The notes beneath the pieces were generated by a model that worked only from the letters and a program-made list of their open reading frames with translations, searched no databases and was not told the origin of the DNA. 64,000 nt of DNA from Cystobasidiomycetes sp. EMM_F5 (Eukaryota), in the NCBI GenBank assembly GCA_051047955.1, contig JBPGPT010000004.1:1-64000 (forward strand), given 5' to 3'. Positions within the stretch are counted from its first letter, which is position 1. The number at the start of each line of letters is the position of its first letter. This document shows positions 13,283-28,980 of this stretch, one piece after another. Both the position numbers and the translations under genes were made by a program.

Positions 13283-13624
13283 GAGGGCTAGTGATGGCTG
13301 TGTTGTTGTTTATATGCTCAAGTCTCTCCCGTGCGTGCAAGCTGATCACTGCGACCGGATTGCAGATGTATTTACCTCAGCCAACGATTCGAGAGAGCTT
13401 ACACATCTCACCGGCAGTATTCCTGCGTCCCTGGCGAATTCTACGACTGACCCATTGACGTCACGCTTCCCGCTCCGCATCCCATGAAGATTTCGACACC
13501 CCTTTCATGTGCCGGTCAGTGAATACGGTATGTTACCGCGAGGCGGGGTCTGAAATCCGCTCGGTATCCTGAAAGATGGGCGGTGCCGCTGCTCCCTGTT
13601 TAGATTCGGTGATCGCCGATTTGG

Positions 13625-13631
13625 TATAAAA
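13625..13631 (+). promoter_or_regulatory. TATA box of the secreted-protein gene
   Basis: TATAAAA about 120 nt before ATG 13751, followed by a C/A-rich leader. Confidence 0.55.
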
Positions 13632-13750
13632 CCAGACTCTACGTGCCTCTTGCTTGCACATCTACATCTTAAAATCGTTCAACTTTCACACTGCGCAAGC
13701 AACCCACATTCTCTCACTACATCACAATCTTGACTCTATCATCCACCACA

Positions 13751-14567
13751 ATGCCTGCCACTTCCGCTTTTGTAAAGCTCGCCTTAGCCTGCGCTCTTCT
13801 CCACTCGGCCTCGGCTGTTCAGCTCATACTCAAAGACTCTTGCGGCGGAAGCCTTACTTGGGTGTAAGTAGAAGTAGTCAGGACTCTCCCTGACACCGAC
13901 TGATACGTGATGAATGCAGTGGCAAAGCGAACGGATGGACTGGTGACCTGTCCAAAGGCGCAGGCACCTATACCATCCCCGACTCTATGACCGGCGGTAA
14001 GGTCTGGGCGTATCTTCCAGGACAAACGAACGCAGCCGCGGACGGACAGGTAGCGCAGCTATACTTCACTTGAGCGAGTTGTGGCGCTGATGGTGTTGCG
14101 CTCATAAAGGGTTGCACCATCGTTGAGCCGAACTATGGCGGAAACACAGTGTCCATTGCAACCTCTCGCGCTGGCGGCTGGAATGGTAATATCAAGCTTA
14201 CTGTGATGCTCGCTAACGGCAAATCGCAGTCAAGCCAATGCGATAATTCAGGCAATGCCGCAACGGATAACTGCTACGTCAATCTCGGCAACACACAAGA
14301 GACGGTCGTCAACAACAAGCCCAATAACTGCCCTTCTTTGAATTTCGACACCAATTGTGGGTTGTCCTATGCAGACAATGTGACAGCGCGGCCTGCATAA
14401 CTGATCATCTCGAATGTCCAGCCGGTCAATGCAATCTTCCGTCATTCATTCCTGCAGACTCGCCCCTCCAGTCTGTGACCATCGAGTATACAGGTTGCAA
14501 GACTGGCGTTACATCCCTGACAAACTATGTCCGCCCAGCTCGTCTGATCCGCCGGTGGGTCGACTAA
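13751..14567 (+). CDS. Small secreted Cys-containing protein, possibly small thaumatin-like (211 aa, 4 exons)
   Basis: Exons 13751-13863, 13920-14049, 14110-14356, 14422-14567 join in frame; signal peptide MPATSAFVKLALACALLHSASA; ILKDSCG, GGKVWA, GCTIVE, SVTIEYTGC. Confidence 0.75.
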
Positions 14568-14841
14568 AGTTTGACGTAGCTCGCGTGGTGTGTGGTGTGC
14601 AAAGATAGCCAGGTGCTGTCTGGCATGTGAAAATACAACTACTTTGATTCCGCATTTTTTTTTTTGCAAAAATCCTGCCTTGCTGTTCGCACACTGAAAG
14701 CGGCCCGATCGTATGGTATCTGGCAGTCTCCACAAGAAGAGCAAGCCTTCTACTCGATGACAAGCACTCGTCACGCATAACGCCCGGATGTGCCACCGAA
14801 AGTCACAGTGTCATCACTTGTGTCTTAACTCGAGACGGTCG

Positions 14842-15982
14842 CTACCACACAACGTTTGCGTTGATGCGCCAGTTGCCATTCATCCTACCCCATCGCGGAT
14901 ACGTAGCGTGCCAACTTCGCGCCAGTCTGTACGCTTCTGCAGTACTCGGCAGCCTAACAAGAAAGGCCGTCATACTAGTCGGTCTCGATGAGGTGGTGCT
15001 GCAGACAGAAGGACCAGCGTATCAGCTTTTTCTTCGATCTGCAGTGTGCCAACTGTGTGAAAACTGACTCGGTGAGCTCGACAATGTCATCCAATTGCCC
15101 TGTTTGTCGAAACCGCCTGCCGTCGTTACCTCGCGGGTCTATCACCGCAGAAGTCGGTGCAAGTTGCGGCTGAAAGTCTTCCGCAAGGAGCGCATCTATC
15201 ACAACCTGCTGCGGCAGACGAAGTGGTACGTTTGAGATAGCCACCGCCCGTCCTGACCAATGCAGCGTTTCTCTAAGATTGATTGTTCCTTCAACGGCTG
15301 AGTGGTCGTTCCGACGCAGAGGGACAATCTGTGATTTGGTATCGGGAGCTAGCGCCAGAGGTATGCGTTCTTGCAAAGAATACGGGATGGGCGGCATGGT
15401 CGGTGTTACGAGTTGGGCTTTCATTGGTTTCCCTTGCGACGCTAATTTTCCTTTGAAAGCCCGCAGTTTTGTAATGAATTGCCTTGCGTCTTCAGGCTGG
15501 GCAAAGTCGACGAGAGCTCTGCCACTAGGCTGCATTCTCCCTCGCAGTAGCGGAACGACTGGAAGAGATTCGACAGTCAGCATTTTTTGCCTGAAAAGCA
15601 CGCTCAGGAAAAGGCCAAGGCGTAGCCGCATCTCACCGTCACGAACGTTAGTGTCTGAATTGCCCATCACTCGCGAGACGTGTCGCATTATATCTGCCGG
15701 AATTACATCGACATCAAGATCTTGCACGAGAACAGTCGTTCGGGAATCCGTTCTCTCTTGATGCGACGGTGCACTGTTTTGGTTGGAGGGCATCCACGAC
15801 TGGCTAGAGCTGCCAGCTATGTCTGGGAATGCGGTCGCCGTAGCCGTCACAGACGAGTAATTGGCATGACGTTGCAGCCTTTGGCAGTAAAAGCAGCCGG
15901 CAGCGAGCGAGCGTGGGAAGACTTTCGAATATGAGCTCCGTAGTATACTCTTGACAGCAGTCGCAGTATTTGCAGGTTGCAT
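14842..15982 (-). CDS. Uncharacterised, probably mitochondrial, RRM-like protein
   Basis: Arg/Ser-rich acid-free N-terminus; GRALVDF and SGRAVAISNVP; second exon FLVRLPSTAEAYRLARSWH...INANVVW then stop. Confidence 0.65.
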
Positions 15983-16106
15983 GGTCAAAGTTGGAGCAGA
16001 AACAGCTTTGTTGCTGTTCGAACTCGACTAATGTTGGCTTCTTAACGACTTCAACCGACGTATCGAAAGCTGCCGTCCATCCGAGTCGTGCATCCCATCC
16101 GCGGAC

Positions 16107-17938
<1,832 letters not shown>

Positions 17939-18068
17939 AGGAGTGCAAGCGGAGTGCGTTGCATCTGCACTCAGTCTAGTGATTGTTGTCAACATCATCG
18001 CAAGTTTATACACATGATGCCCCGCAACGCGCTTCAGGGCGCCAAACCTCAAGCCAACTTGCAATCCC

Positions 18069-21000
18069 ATGAGCTACGCAGCGAGGGAGTATGATTTACC
18101 GTACGATTCAGCGTATGGCTCGTCGTCCATGCACGATGACCGGCCTGGCTATACCAGCCAAACCCAGCAGCAGTCTCTGCCGTCTCAGCACTTTCAGCCG
18201 CCAGCACCGAGCTACGCCAAGCAGCACCAGCGAGGCGGATACAACAGCTCTGGCGAGTTGGACCAATATCTCATTGCACCGCTCGTGAGACCGGCGGTGA
18301 GCAGTGCAAACAGCGCGTCAAGGGTCCAAAGGGCAAACCCTGGACCATCCCAGCTCAGCCAGAGCCAGGGAAGCGGTAACAGCGCGTCGTCCCGTCATCA
18401 GCTGCGCGAACATCGAAAGGCGCAGGCGTCGGATGAGTTTGACAGCTTTGGCAACGCGGTTGGAGGATATCGCGTCGGCAATTCTGGCGTCAATCAGAGC
18501 TATATCAACGGAAACAATGATACTCTGAGTATGAGCTCCTCCCCAGATAGAGGAGACAACGACGTCGACTCGTCCTTTGACTTTCTCCTGTCGCCGGGCT
18601 TGGCTCCAGTAGGACCAATCTCCACGTCAAATACTGCCAACACAAATGCACCTCCGCTCGCACTGTCCAGTCAACCACTATCTCCAGCTGGAGGTCTAGC
18701 TCCTGGATTCAATCCCGCAGAAGCACGGGCAGGCGGTCACTTGCGGGTCAATGTCGCCCGACCTGCCATTTCGCGTAGCCAAACAGCCGGTCCTATACCA
18801 ACACCGAACGCTTCATCGGCGAGATATGTAGGACCAGGATCGCTCTTTGCTCGCCAGCAAATGCAACCGCAGCAGTCATTCGGTGCGCCACAACAGCAGC
18901 AGCAGCCTGCCCCAACTGTCCCTGCCCAGCCGAATGAAGCTGGCTCTCGCAGCAGCGTATACGGTTCGCAATTGGCCGTTCCGACTGCTGCATATCCGCA
19001 GCCTCCCGTCAGTTCTGCTGAACTCATAAAAACCGTCATGAATATGCGAAATGGCAGGCATGCAATAGCCGATGCTACACAAGCCCCACCGATGAATGGT
19101 CTTCCGGTGTCCACGACTATGCTGTCAAGCCTGTCTTCACCAATGACACGGTCACATTCAGCGAATGCTGCCGTTCGAGTGCAGCAACAATCTACACATA
19201 CTCGCAATACCTCCAATGGCTCTACGGGAAGCAACGATGAGCCGAATGGCCCATTGACTCAACAAGGTGTCCCTCGTACTGCCAGTGGACGAAATGTCAC
19301 CACTCCTGCAGCAAAGGCAGAATCAGGTGTCGAGACTGTCATCCTGAGTCATCATAAAATTGCGGAAATACCGTCAGAGGTGATTGATGTTTTGGTTGGA
19401 TCCGTAGAGCGGTGAGCATGCCTTCTGCCTTGCAACTGGTAGATGCAAGTCACTCATGTCCATTTCCAGGCTGGCCCTGAGTTACAACTACCTTACCAAT
19501 CTGCCAGCCGATTTTACTAGACTAGGTGGTACAATACGATATCTCAACATCCGACTCAACATGTTTACCCACTTTCCGGCTGTAGTACGCATCCGTTATT
19601 TCATTCCAAGTAGTCTAAGCTAACCCGCAAAGACCAGCTTTGCGAGATGCCTTCTCTGGAAATTCTCGACATCAGCAGAAACAAGATTAAACGACTTCCA
19701 CCCGCGTGTGGTACTCTGAAGAATCTTCGCGTCTTTTCGATATCGAAAAACAGAGTTCGACGCCTGCCGACGTATTTCGCAGACATGACCAACCTCAGGG
19801 TTTTAAAAATCGACCACGTACGCATATGCCCCATGATTGACACGCTTTACTGTCAGCTGACATGAAAGCCTGCAGAACCCGCTCGAATGGCCAACCAGGG
19901 AGATTGCGAGTGGACCACCAACAGTGGCCACTCTACAGGATGGCGAGAGTTCCGTCAAGTTCAACGAAGCACAAGCCATGCAGAAATGGCTTACAGAGCT
20001 ACGAGATTGGATCAGGAAACACAGTAGTGATGCCCCATCAAATCCGCATCCGCCGTTGGTCAGCTCGAGGTCGGATGAAATTGTGCCTTCGGCGAGTGAC
20101 CGGACGCCTCGCCATCGAGATGTAGATCGCCATGCTCCAGGGATACCTTCCGTTATCAAATTAGCTACGGCTACTCCGAGCCAAGAATCACGTCTTTGGT
20201 CGCCGGGATCTACCGCTTCCCTTACTTCGCAAAAGTCGATCGCTTCCCTTACATCCCAATCCTCCGATCCCGCTTCCGTAATAACGTCGTCTGTACAGAG
20301 CGAAGACATTGTACAGCCCGCCCTACCTGCGCCGAAACAGACTCAGGAGTTTGAGCCACTCCAGTCTCCAGAAGCGCCTGGATCACCCGATTCATCACGC
20401 AACTCGCAGCAGCATGGGCGTAACGCTTCACACTCGCTTGCTCAACAACAAGCGAAGCGAGGGATACGACCAAAGAAAAGCTTGCCCGATCTGCGGCAAA
20501 ATCACGATCAAATCCTTGACGAACGTCTGAATGATGTAGATGCCATCGACAGCCCATCCAGTCAAGAACCCTCCTCTGGCTCGCTGTCGGGTAGCTTCAG
20601 ACACCAGAAATCTTCATCGGGTTCTTCAATAGCCCGTGTGCCCACCGCTGTGCGCTCTCCGATACTATCGCCAATTGCTGCACAGACGCAAGATGAGGAC
20701 GAATCCACAGCGTCGAGCTTCAAGAAAATGACGCTTAGCGAGGAGAGTGATCACATTGCGCCCATACGAGATATCTCAAGCGGCCGTGCTCGCCGTAGTC
20801 CGAATGCTGTGTTGAACGCTCCGCCAAATGCTCTAGATCGTGGAAGTGGTGCCTATTTCCGGCGATTATCCATGTTACCGGCCTTCACTATTTCAAAAGC
20901 AGTGCCATCTACATTGCTAGATTTCATTGATGCGATCCGTGGCATTCTTTTCTCCCTCTCGCAAATCTACACGTCCTTCAAACAATGCATCGTCTTTCCC

Positions 21001-21537
21001 GCTGCGGACCGCCTGCCGGTCCAGCTCACTCGAGCAATGGCGTCGTCTGATGATGCCATGGGCTTCCTAATAGACGCCCTCGATCGGTTTGATGCATCTT
21101 CTCGCCGTAAAGCGCCTGATATTAGTGTCGTCAAGGACGTCGTCGAGACCTGTAGGGAAAACGTCATTACCTTTGGCAAATTGGTCAACGTGCTCGTCGT
21201 CCATATGAATCTACTGTTTGGACAGCAAGCTGATATACGATATACGCGTACGATTATATTGGGATTGTACGGCGCGATGGGCGAGATCGCGAATTCTTGG
21301 GCGGCTTTGACCCCGCTGAAGGACGACATTGCGATTTGGCTGCGTGGAAACAAGACCGATTCTCCGTATCCGCAAGACACGCAGTCGGCGTTGTCTCAAA
21401 GCACGAAAGGGTCCCCTGCTGTTAACGCTGACCACGGCATTTCACCTGCCCTCAATAAGCAAAGAGCAGGAAATCCATCTGGGGCGGGGGTCGCGAGAAG
21501 AAATGCTGGCGCTTTTACTAAGTACAATGTACTGTAG
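18069..21537 (+). CDS. SOG2: RAM-network leucine-rich-repeat protein Sog2
   Basis: LRRs (LEILDISRNKIKRLP, LRVFSISKNRVRRLP, NPLEWPP) followed by AYFRRLSMLP...IRGILFSLSQIY...DIRYTRTIILGLYGAMGEI. Confidence 0.85.
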
Positions 21538-21570
21538 GGGGCCTCTTTAATCAGACTCAATCTGTCGTAA

Positions 21571-23119
21571 TCACAACTTGGCTTGGACTGAAGTATATTT
21601 GACGGCATCGTTCAAGCACTGTACTGCCTCTGCGACCATTTCATCGATGATCTGTTTAGCGGGGAGGATGTCATGAATAACGGCGGCCGTCTTGCCAAGG
21701 AGGAAGGGCCGCTGAGCGGATTCCTCGAGGTCCATGCCGACTGGTAAAATGCCTTGGGATGTCAGCTTCTTGATCTCGTCCTGCCTGTTCTCCTCCCAGT
21801 CCATGATAAACTCGCTCTTCTTGACTCGGAGTGGGCGACCTAGGCAAAGAATGAACTGTCAATTCCAACCTAGCGCTGAAAATCATGCTGCATTTACCCG
21901 TGTATATGATTGTACGGATAGTGCCTAAATGGGACCCATCGCTCAGTTGCAGACGTGTGCATTGAAGACGACTTGGCTTACCACCGTGGTCTGTCTCCAA
22001 GACAGCCTTCTTATGCGCCTTCGATGCGCCTGCCTCTTCAGAAGCAACGAAGCGGGTTCCTACCCATACACCGGTCGCACCGAACGCAAGCATTGATGCT
22101 AGGGATGCTCCGCGATAGATGCCACCCGCTGCGATGACTTGTACAGGTTTATTGGTCAATGGGGATTTATATCTCTTGCAGATGGCAACACATTCTGGAA
22201 TCAATAACGTCGTGGGTATGGATCCAGTGTGGCCTTGATCCAAAAAGCGATATCAGCATCTGTGCGACCCGAAGGTGTGGGTGAGATACGCACCACCTCC
22301 TTCTCCGCCTTGGGCGCAAATGAGATCGACGCCGAGCTCGCAGGCTTTGATAGCGTGTTTAGGTGCACCAACCTGGATGAGATAGATGAATCAGTCGTAA
22401 GTATGGCCGCCATGTTTTAAACCCGCCATGTTCATGACGGGGATGTTCGCCGAGTGCAGCTTGTCGATGACTTCTTTGGGAGGCACTCCAACAGCGCTCA
22501 CGAAGAGCTTTGTTCCTTCATCAATGATAACCTTTGCATCAATATGGCTCAGTTTAAGGGTATGCCGTTGGCTTTTTCTGGGAAAATACCTGAATGAGCT
22601 CATCAAGTTTGCCTCCATGGTAAGGTTTGTTGGTTTTGCGTGCGGAACCACCTGAAGACACGTATGAGTATGAATAGGCTCTACCCAAATATTTCGTAAA
22701 CGGCGTACCAGTTTGTGGTAACAGGAGATCAACGCCAAAGGGCGCATTCTTGTCTTTCAGATCCTCCTTCAGCTCTCGGATCTGCTTTCGGAGAAAGTCT
22801 GGTGTATAGCCTTGAATCCAACGCCGTCAGGACCAATCACTGTCTGACGTATTGGGATACACACCGACTCCGCCAATAACGCCGATTCCTGTGACAAGCA
22901 CACATCAGAGAGTGTTACCGGCTCAAGCGCTAAGACACACCTCCAGCATTAGTCACTGCAGCAGCGAGCTCCGGTCCTGTAGGAAGCATGGAACTCAGCG
23001 CAGGATCATCGAATCCGGGAATATTCTTCGTACTACGTACCGGCGGCCACATTCATTCCAGCCAAGCATATTGGGTGTTGTATGCCAAAGAGCTCTGTAA
23101 ATGGAGTGCTGAGTGACAT
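21571..23119 (-). CDS. Nitronate monooxygenase / 2-nitropropane dioxygenase family, copy A (10 exons), ends in AKL
   Basis: TELFGIQHPICLAGM, PFGVDLLLP, AQGGEGGGHTG, IAAGGI, GVWVGTRFVASEEA; ends VQAKL; intron 22373-22426 is GC-AG. Confidence 0.9.
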
Positions 23120-23276
23120 GGTTATGGTGTTGAGGATTTCAATATATTGGTAGAGGTCGACGAGATGCGATGGGAGTCGCAGAAACAGCCACCGGCAAAC
23201 GAGCTAGCCGGAGGTCCGAACAAGCAGGTACAGTACGATACGCGTAGGAGGTACAGCTCAGACAGCACGCTTCCTG

Positions 23277-24781
23277 CTACAGCTTTGCTCGTACACATGC
23301 ATTGGCTGAGCGCAAACACTCGATAGCCTCTCGTACCATATCCTCCATGATGGTGTGCGCGGGCAAGATATCCTCAATGACCGCAGCGGCTGAACCCATT
23401 AGAAAAGGATACTGCGCTGGATCTTCGAGATCAGTTCTGCAGCTAAACTCAGCAACTTACCTCTCTGGCCAGCACAGCAGCCTTACCCGACCGGTATGAC
23501 ACCCTTGGCGACTTTCTCTTTGATCTCCGCACGCCGCTCTTGCTCCCAAGTCTTCACGAACGGCGTGGCGTACACTCTCAGAGGCCTCCCGCTGTATATG
23601 AGGGTGCGAACAGTCTCTGTGCGATGACACGTCAGCTGAAAGACAAGACATCATCGGATATACCCAAAATTACCGCCATGTTTTGCCGATATGATGGCAT
23701 TCTTGTGTGCCTTGGATGCACCAGCCTCCTCGGACGCTACAAATCGCGTGCCGACTGTTCATAGAGTCAGTAAAGATTCGCATTGCCAGGGCAAAGGCAA
23801 TTAAACGGACCCCACACGCCCGTAGCCCCCATGGTGAGCATGGCTGCAAGGCTGCTTCCGCGATAAATACCACCTCCCGCCAGTACCTGGATAGGTTTTC
23901 CAGTCAAAGGCGATATGTAGCCTCTACACATTTGCACGAGTTCGGGGATTAGGAGGGAGGTAGCCACGCTTCCGGAGTGCCCGCCGCCCTCTCCACCTGT
24001 CAGGGAACGTCAGAGTAAGATCGGAGCAGTACACCGTCCTTTCCCCACCCTGCCCGATGATCACATCGTAACCCAGATCGAGTGCCTTCTTTGCATGCCG
24101 AGGGGCGCCAACCATGTTGCAGCAGACCACGCCAGCACCTTGAAGCCGTTGTATGACTGATGCAGGCGCTACGCCGACCGCAGAGACGAATGCTTTCGCC
24201 TTCTCGTCAATGATGACATCAATTAGTTGGTCTAACTGCCCGTGGGTGTAATCGTAGTTTGTCTTGCTGCAAAGGTGGAGTGTGTAAGCAGCGCATAGGT
24301 CAACGACGATGCATCGACGTACCGTGCTGTCGGTGCCGTTGAAGGTAAGGCTAGATCTACGCCAAAGGGGCCATTCGGATCCTTGAGGCCAGCCTTAAGT
24401 TCACGCAATTGCGCACGCAGGTTCTTTGGACTGTAGCCTAAGCCACCGAGAACGCCCATACCACCTGCATTGGTGACTGCAGCGCAGAGTTCTGGACCGG
24501 CCTTGTTTCAATGATATCCGTCAATAGAGACTTGGTAAGATCTTTCAATGCTGGAAGCCTACGGCGACGTTCATTCCGGCGCTCAGGATAGGCACCTGCC
24601 GTAGTATATACTCAGGAGTGGATTCAATAAACACGTCAAGAAGAGTCGCACTCGAATGCCGAAGAGTTCGTCTGTGTGGAGGGTTCCGCATGGCGAAAAT
24701 ACAGAATAGAGCGCTCGTTAGCGGAAGAGTGGGTTTCTCGCAGCGTGACTGACTGCATGGAGTATTCAGCGACATTGCCAT
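23277..24781 (-). CDS. Nitronate monooxygenase family, copy B (9 exons), ends in AKL
   Basis: NELFGIRVPILSAGM, PFGVDLALP, GQGGEGGGHSG, GVWVGTRFVASEEA; ends VRAKL with TAG at 23277-23279. Confidence 0.9.
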
Positions 24782-24921
24782 ACTACACGGGTAGGTTGGT
24801 AGCCGACCGGGGACACGCCACTGCGCTCTCGAGTATACAATCCACTCTACTTCGCTACATGAGATTTGTATGCTACAGATTGGCAAGACTGGATGAAGAA
24901 ACACGGCTCGGCGACTGCCAT

Positions 24922-27900
24922 TCAAATGGAGGACAACTTGTCGAACTCGCTCGACAATCTGGCTATTTCATCGTGTGCGGCGGTCTCCGCTGACAGTGCG
25001 TCTGTTGTACGTGTCGGCGACAAAGGTGATAGCAGGGATGCACGACGATGTCTCTCGTGTGCCCGTTTCTCAGTAGTGTATAAGAGCTGGTAGATGAAGT
25101 CGAGTGCTTTGCCGCATCCGTCCTCAGACCGTATTTGCTCGCCGATTTGCTGAGCCTTCTCCCTCATGATACGATCAGTAGTAGCATAGGTGAGAGCTTT
25201 ACTTATTTCTGAAACCGAAAGATTCGGTAAGCGGACTCCAGCTCCGAGCCTTTGAACGCGCGTGCTCCAGAAATTCTGATCTCCAAAGAATGGGTGAATG
25301 ATGGTGGGTATGCCGGCCCGCAGAGATGCTCCTGTAGTTCCGGCCCCTCCATGATGAACAGCAGCTGATATCTGCGGGAAGAGCCAGTCGTGAGGGATAG
25401 AGTCCACAAGGAAGACCTGCTCCGGAGCGGCATCGAGATGTACTTTTCTCTCGGCCCCGTCTTGACCTCTAGAGCTCCAGCCTTTGCTGACAATAGCTCT
25501 CACTCCTGCCTCTTGCACTGCTTTGTAGATGTGCTTGATGACCTTCTCCACGTTGGTGATTGTGATGCTCCCAAATCCGATATAGACGAGCGGGACGTCT
25601 GATTCCTTTGCACCAGCAATAAATTTCAGTAACGCTGAATCCGGTCGCCAGTCTTTGTCTGCTTCATCTAGAAACCAATACCCAGAGACATGGATATACG
25701 AGGCCCAATCTAATGGCCTGGGCACCACAGCTGGGGAAAAATTGTATATGAAGGGCACTTGATGGGTATCGAGCTTCTCCAGCGAGGTCGGCTTCAATAG
25801 CAGTGTATTCTTTCGCCATTTGTTTATCTGGCTCGAAGACGCCTGCCATAACACCTTGTCGAACAATGTGTACGACATCAAATTATACGCTGGTCCGGCG
25901 TCCAAGGTGGGTGCGAACGCCTGGGGGTACTGCGACGTTGAGGTCCATGGCATGGTAAACGCTCGAAAGTACGGAACAGCTCGAGCTTCAGCCACGTGTA
26001 TGCCTGCAAATGTGGAGGGTGACTCGATGATGACATCCGCGTCATGACTGACTTCCCAGCATTCCAGTAAAAGCCTGTCGAACCAGTGGCGGAATTTGCC
26101 AAGCGTCTCGACAAAGAAACCTGGGCTGAACATTTTATGCTCAACCGATAGCTGCATCAGGGCCGTTGCGTCACCGCCAATCGCCCTGTACTCCAGACCA
26201 TGCGAAGTAACCCATTTGCGATACTCCTCGTGCGATGCAATTGTTACGCGGTGACCATCGCTCGAAAGACGTTTTCCCAGAGCTATGTATGGCTGCACAT
26301 CACCTCGAGAGCCGATAGTCATTAACACGAAATGTCGCGGCGTAGCCCGCCTGATGCTGGGCGGCAAATTTACAACTGCAGGGTAGCGGCTGGCGATAGC
26401 TGCAGGAACTGTCACTGGCATACTTGACAGCATCTGATGTATTTGTTGTCCCGTGAGTTTGGTCAGTGAAGGACTCGCTTCAGGTGAAGAAGTGAGCGGG
26501 GCAGACGAGATCGAGCTCGTTTTCGAAGTTGAGTCACTGAACAAGCTGTTTGAACGCTCGTCGCTCTGAGCACTGGGCGAGCTGACAACGGCTGATGTAG
26601 TCTCGCGCGATTGCGGCGATGCAACGCGACTCAAGCGAAGCTCGTGTGACCGCTTGATGCGCTGATTGATGTTCGCAAGTGTATCATCACGGGCTTGGGG
26701 TGTACTGAACTCAAATCTTTGATCGGGCGAAGCTCGTATACGCAAGCTCAAGCCCCAGACTCGCATACGAAACACCTTGCTATGGCGAGCATCCTCGACA
26801 TCGCTGATCGGTATCTTGATTCTGGAATCTTCCGATATTTTAGACTTTCTCCAAAAACATATGTACGAATCGGAAACAGCGAGATGACCGTAACTGTGAA
26901 GTGGACAATGAACAGCATTCAGTCACCCGGGGTTGAAGCCCAAGATACACTAATATGTGAGCTTACTCGGGCAGAGAGCGAATAACATCAGCTTTGACGA
27001 CTAGGAGCGATATGAGCAAGGCAATTGAACTTCGACTCAAATCTCGCTCACCATACAAGTCGTGCGGGTCCTCCTCCAGACCAAACTCTCGTACGAAGTC
27101 GGGTCCGAGATCAGCTGTGTCGTCTTCCTCCATCTGCTCGTTGTCTTCTGTTCGTTGCGCTCCGTTATCTATGCCTATGTAGCAAGCCGGCTGCGCAGTT
27201 ATGTCATGCTGTTGCATGGTCGGTTGTGAAGCAAATTGTTTCTCGATGGACGGCAAAATGTCGTAGGCCTTGCGATGTATCCCCAGCACAATATCTTTAT
27301 GCTCGGAGTCAGAGCTTGCTTCATTGCGCGTTCCGCAATTGACTTTCATTTGAACAATCTTGCAGAACTGCCACCGATGGAGCAATTTGAGCATGAGTAG
27401 TCCTGCAAAAGGCCTCAAGAAACTCCACTCACATCAAGCAAAGTATCGTAGGTGATGTTTTCGACCCTTGACCATGGTACGGCCACAATAATATGGTCTG
27501 CTTTGTTCCGGTAGCGGAAGAGTGCGTTATGCAAGATGTTCAGCCATTTGCGAGACTCTTCTGGTGTATCGAATTCAATCTCTCGATAAGCGCCAGTGAT
27601 CATTGTGCAAACGAATCTGCAAGGGTCGTCCGGAACCATTGCGACAGCTGCATAGATCCAGCATTAGTCTTGTCCAACTCACTCGACAAATATTGATGAA
27701 ACTGCTTACAGTCAAATGCAGAGAAAGAACGAGCTCCTATAGGCTTGTAGCGGTCAGTGGCAGAATGATAGTGCGCCACACCGGTCGAGGTGATGGCACA
27801 GTAAACTTTGCGTTTCGGCTTCCATCGCTCAGAATAGTGCATAGTTATCGGACCTGTAGGATGGAAAGCCTGTAAGACTCGTTATTTATACGGGCAGGCG

Positions 27901-28980
27901 ACATTGCGCACCCTCCACCAACACAGCATCGCTGTCTTGATCCTCCTGCGTTGCGATAAAAGCGTAGAACAGGAGACGCTTGTTGGTCAAGCTGAGAATA
28001 CCCTTGATGAGGACGTTTCGAATCAACATAGCTGGAACGGTTCCTAGCATTTCTTCGCGCCCTTCGCCCGACCATGATCCAGCCTTGTCTTCGAAGAAAG
28101 CTAGCGTGTTGGATGAGTTTAGTTGTGCGAGATGCGGACAGTAAGCATCTTCTGACGGCGCTTCCGTTTGTACGACTGCATCGGATGAACCCTGATCTAC
28201 AGCCCGCTCAATTGCATGCTCCTGCGGCATCGCATCGACCTCTTGCAAATGATCCATGGCATCTAGCTGATCCTGATCAAGAAAGCTGACATTCCTTATA
28301 AAAGATGCTGGCCGTCTTATTAGTTCAGACTTTGGTTCTTGGCCTGATTCGCTAGTAGCTGCTGGGTGGTCGTTCGGCCCTGTATCCTCCGGAGTATGCC
28401 TGTCGTAGTACTCCGTGTGAGAATCATCGTCGGACGACGTTCCGTCAGAGTGAGCCAAAGACGGTGATTCAGTCGATACGGCGGACCCAGTTGTCCAGCG
28501 TCGTGCATTGTCCTTGTCGCTCGACCTGCTGTCGGACGCTGCAGCCAGTAGGTCTGCCAAGGACGTCATGACGCCCGTACTGATAACTTCGGACGCATGT
28601 CCCACATCATCGTCTGGATGGTTGCTATCGTTTATAGAAAGCCAGTCTCCAGAAGACGGGGTGAGCGGAGATTCTGTATTGCTGCTATTGCTGCGAGGTG
28701 TGTCGAGCGCTGGACTGACATTCTTGGCCGACTGTGTTCTGCGTCGACACAAACGACCACGAGACTTTACTTGCATAGATGTATTTTCCAGAGTCTGATT
28801 TGTCCGGGTGGTTGACAGGGCTGCATCACCGGCGGCAGTCTCCTTGTCTGAACCAATCTTGAGCTTCCCCAAAGTGCTGGCAATCCCTTGTGCTGCATGA
28901 TGTGCTTCGTTTGAGAGGGTGCTGCCGACGCTGTTACTACGCTTTTCGAGCCATACGGCCGGCTTCTTGAATGCCTTCAT
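24922..28980 (-). CDS. ATG26: Sterol 3-beta-glucosyltransferase Atg26/Ugt51 (PH/GRAM region plus GT1 domain)
   Basis: TIGSRGDVQPY, FTMPW, YIGFGSI, IPHDWLFP, HHGGAGTTGASLRAGIPTIIHPFFGDQ; PH-like exons upstream. Confidence 0.9.
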
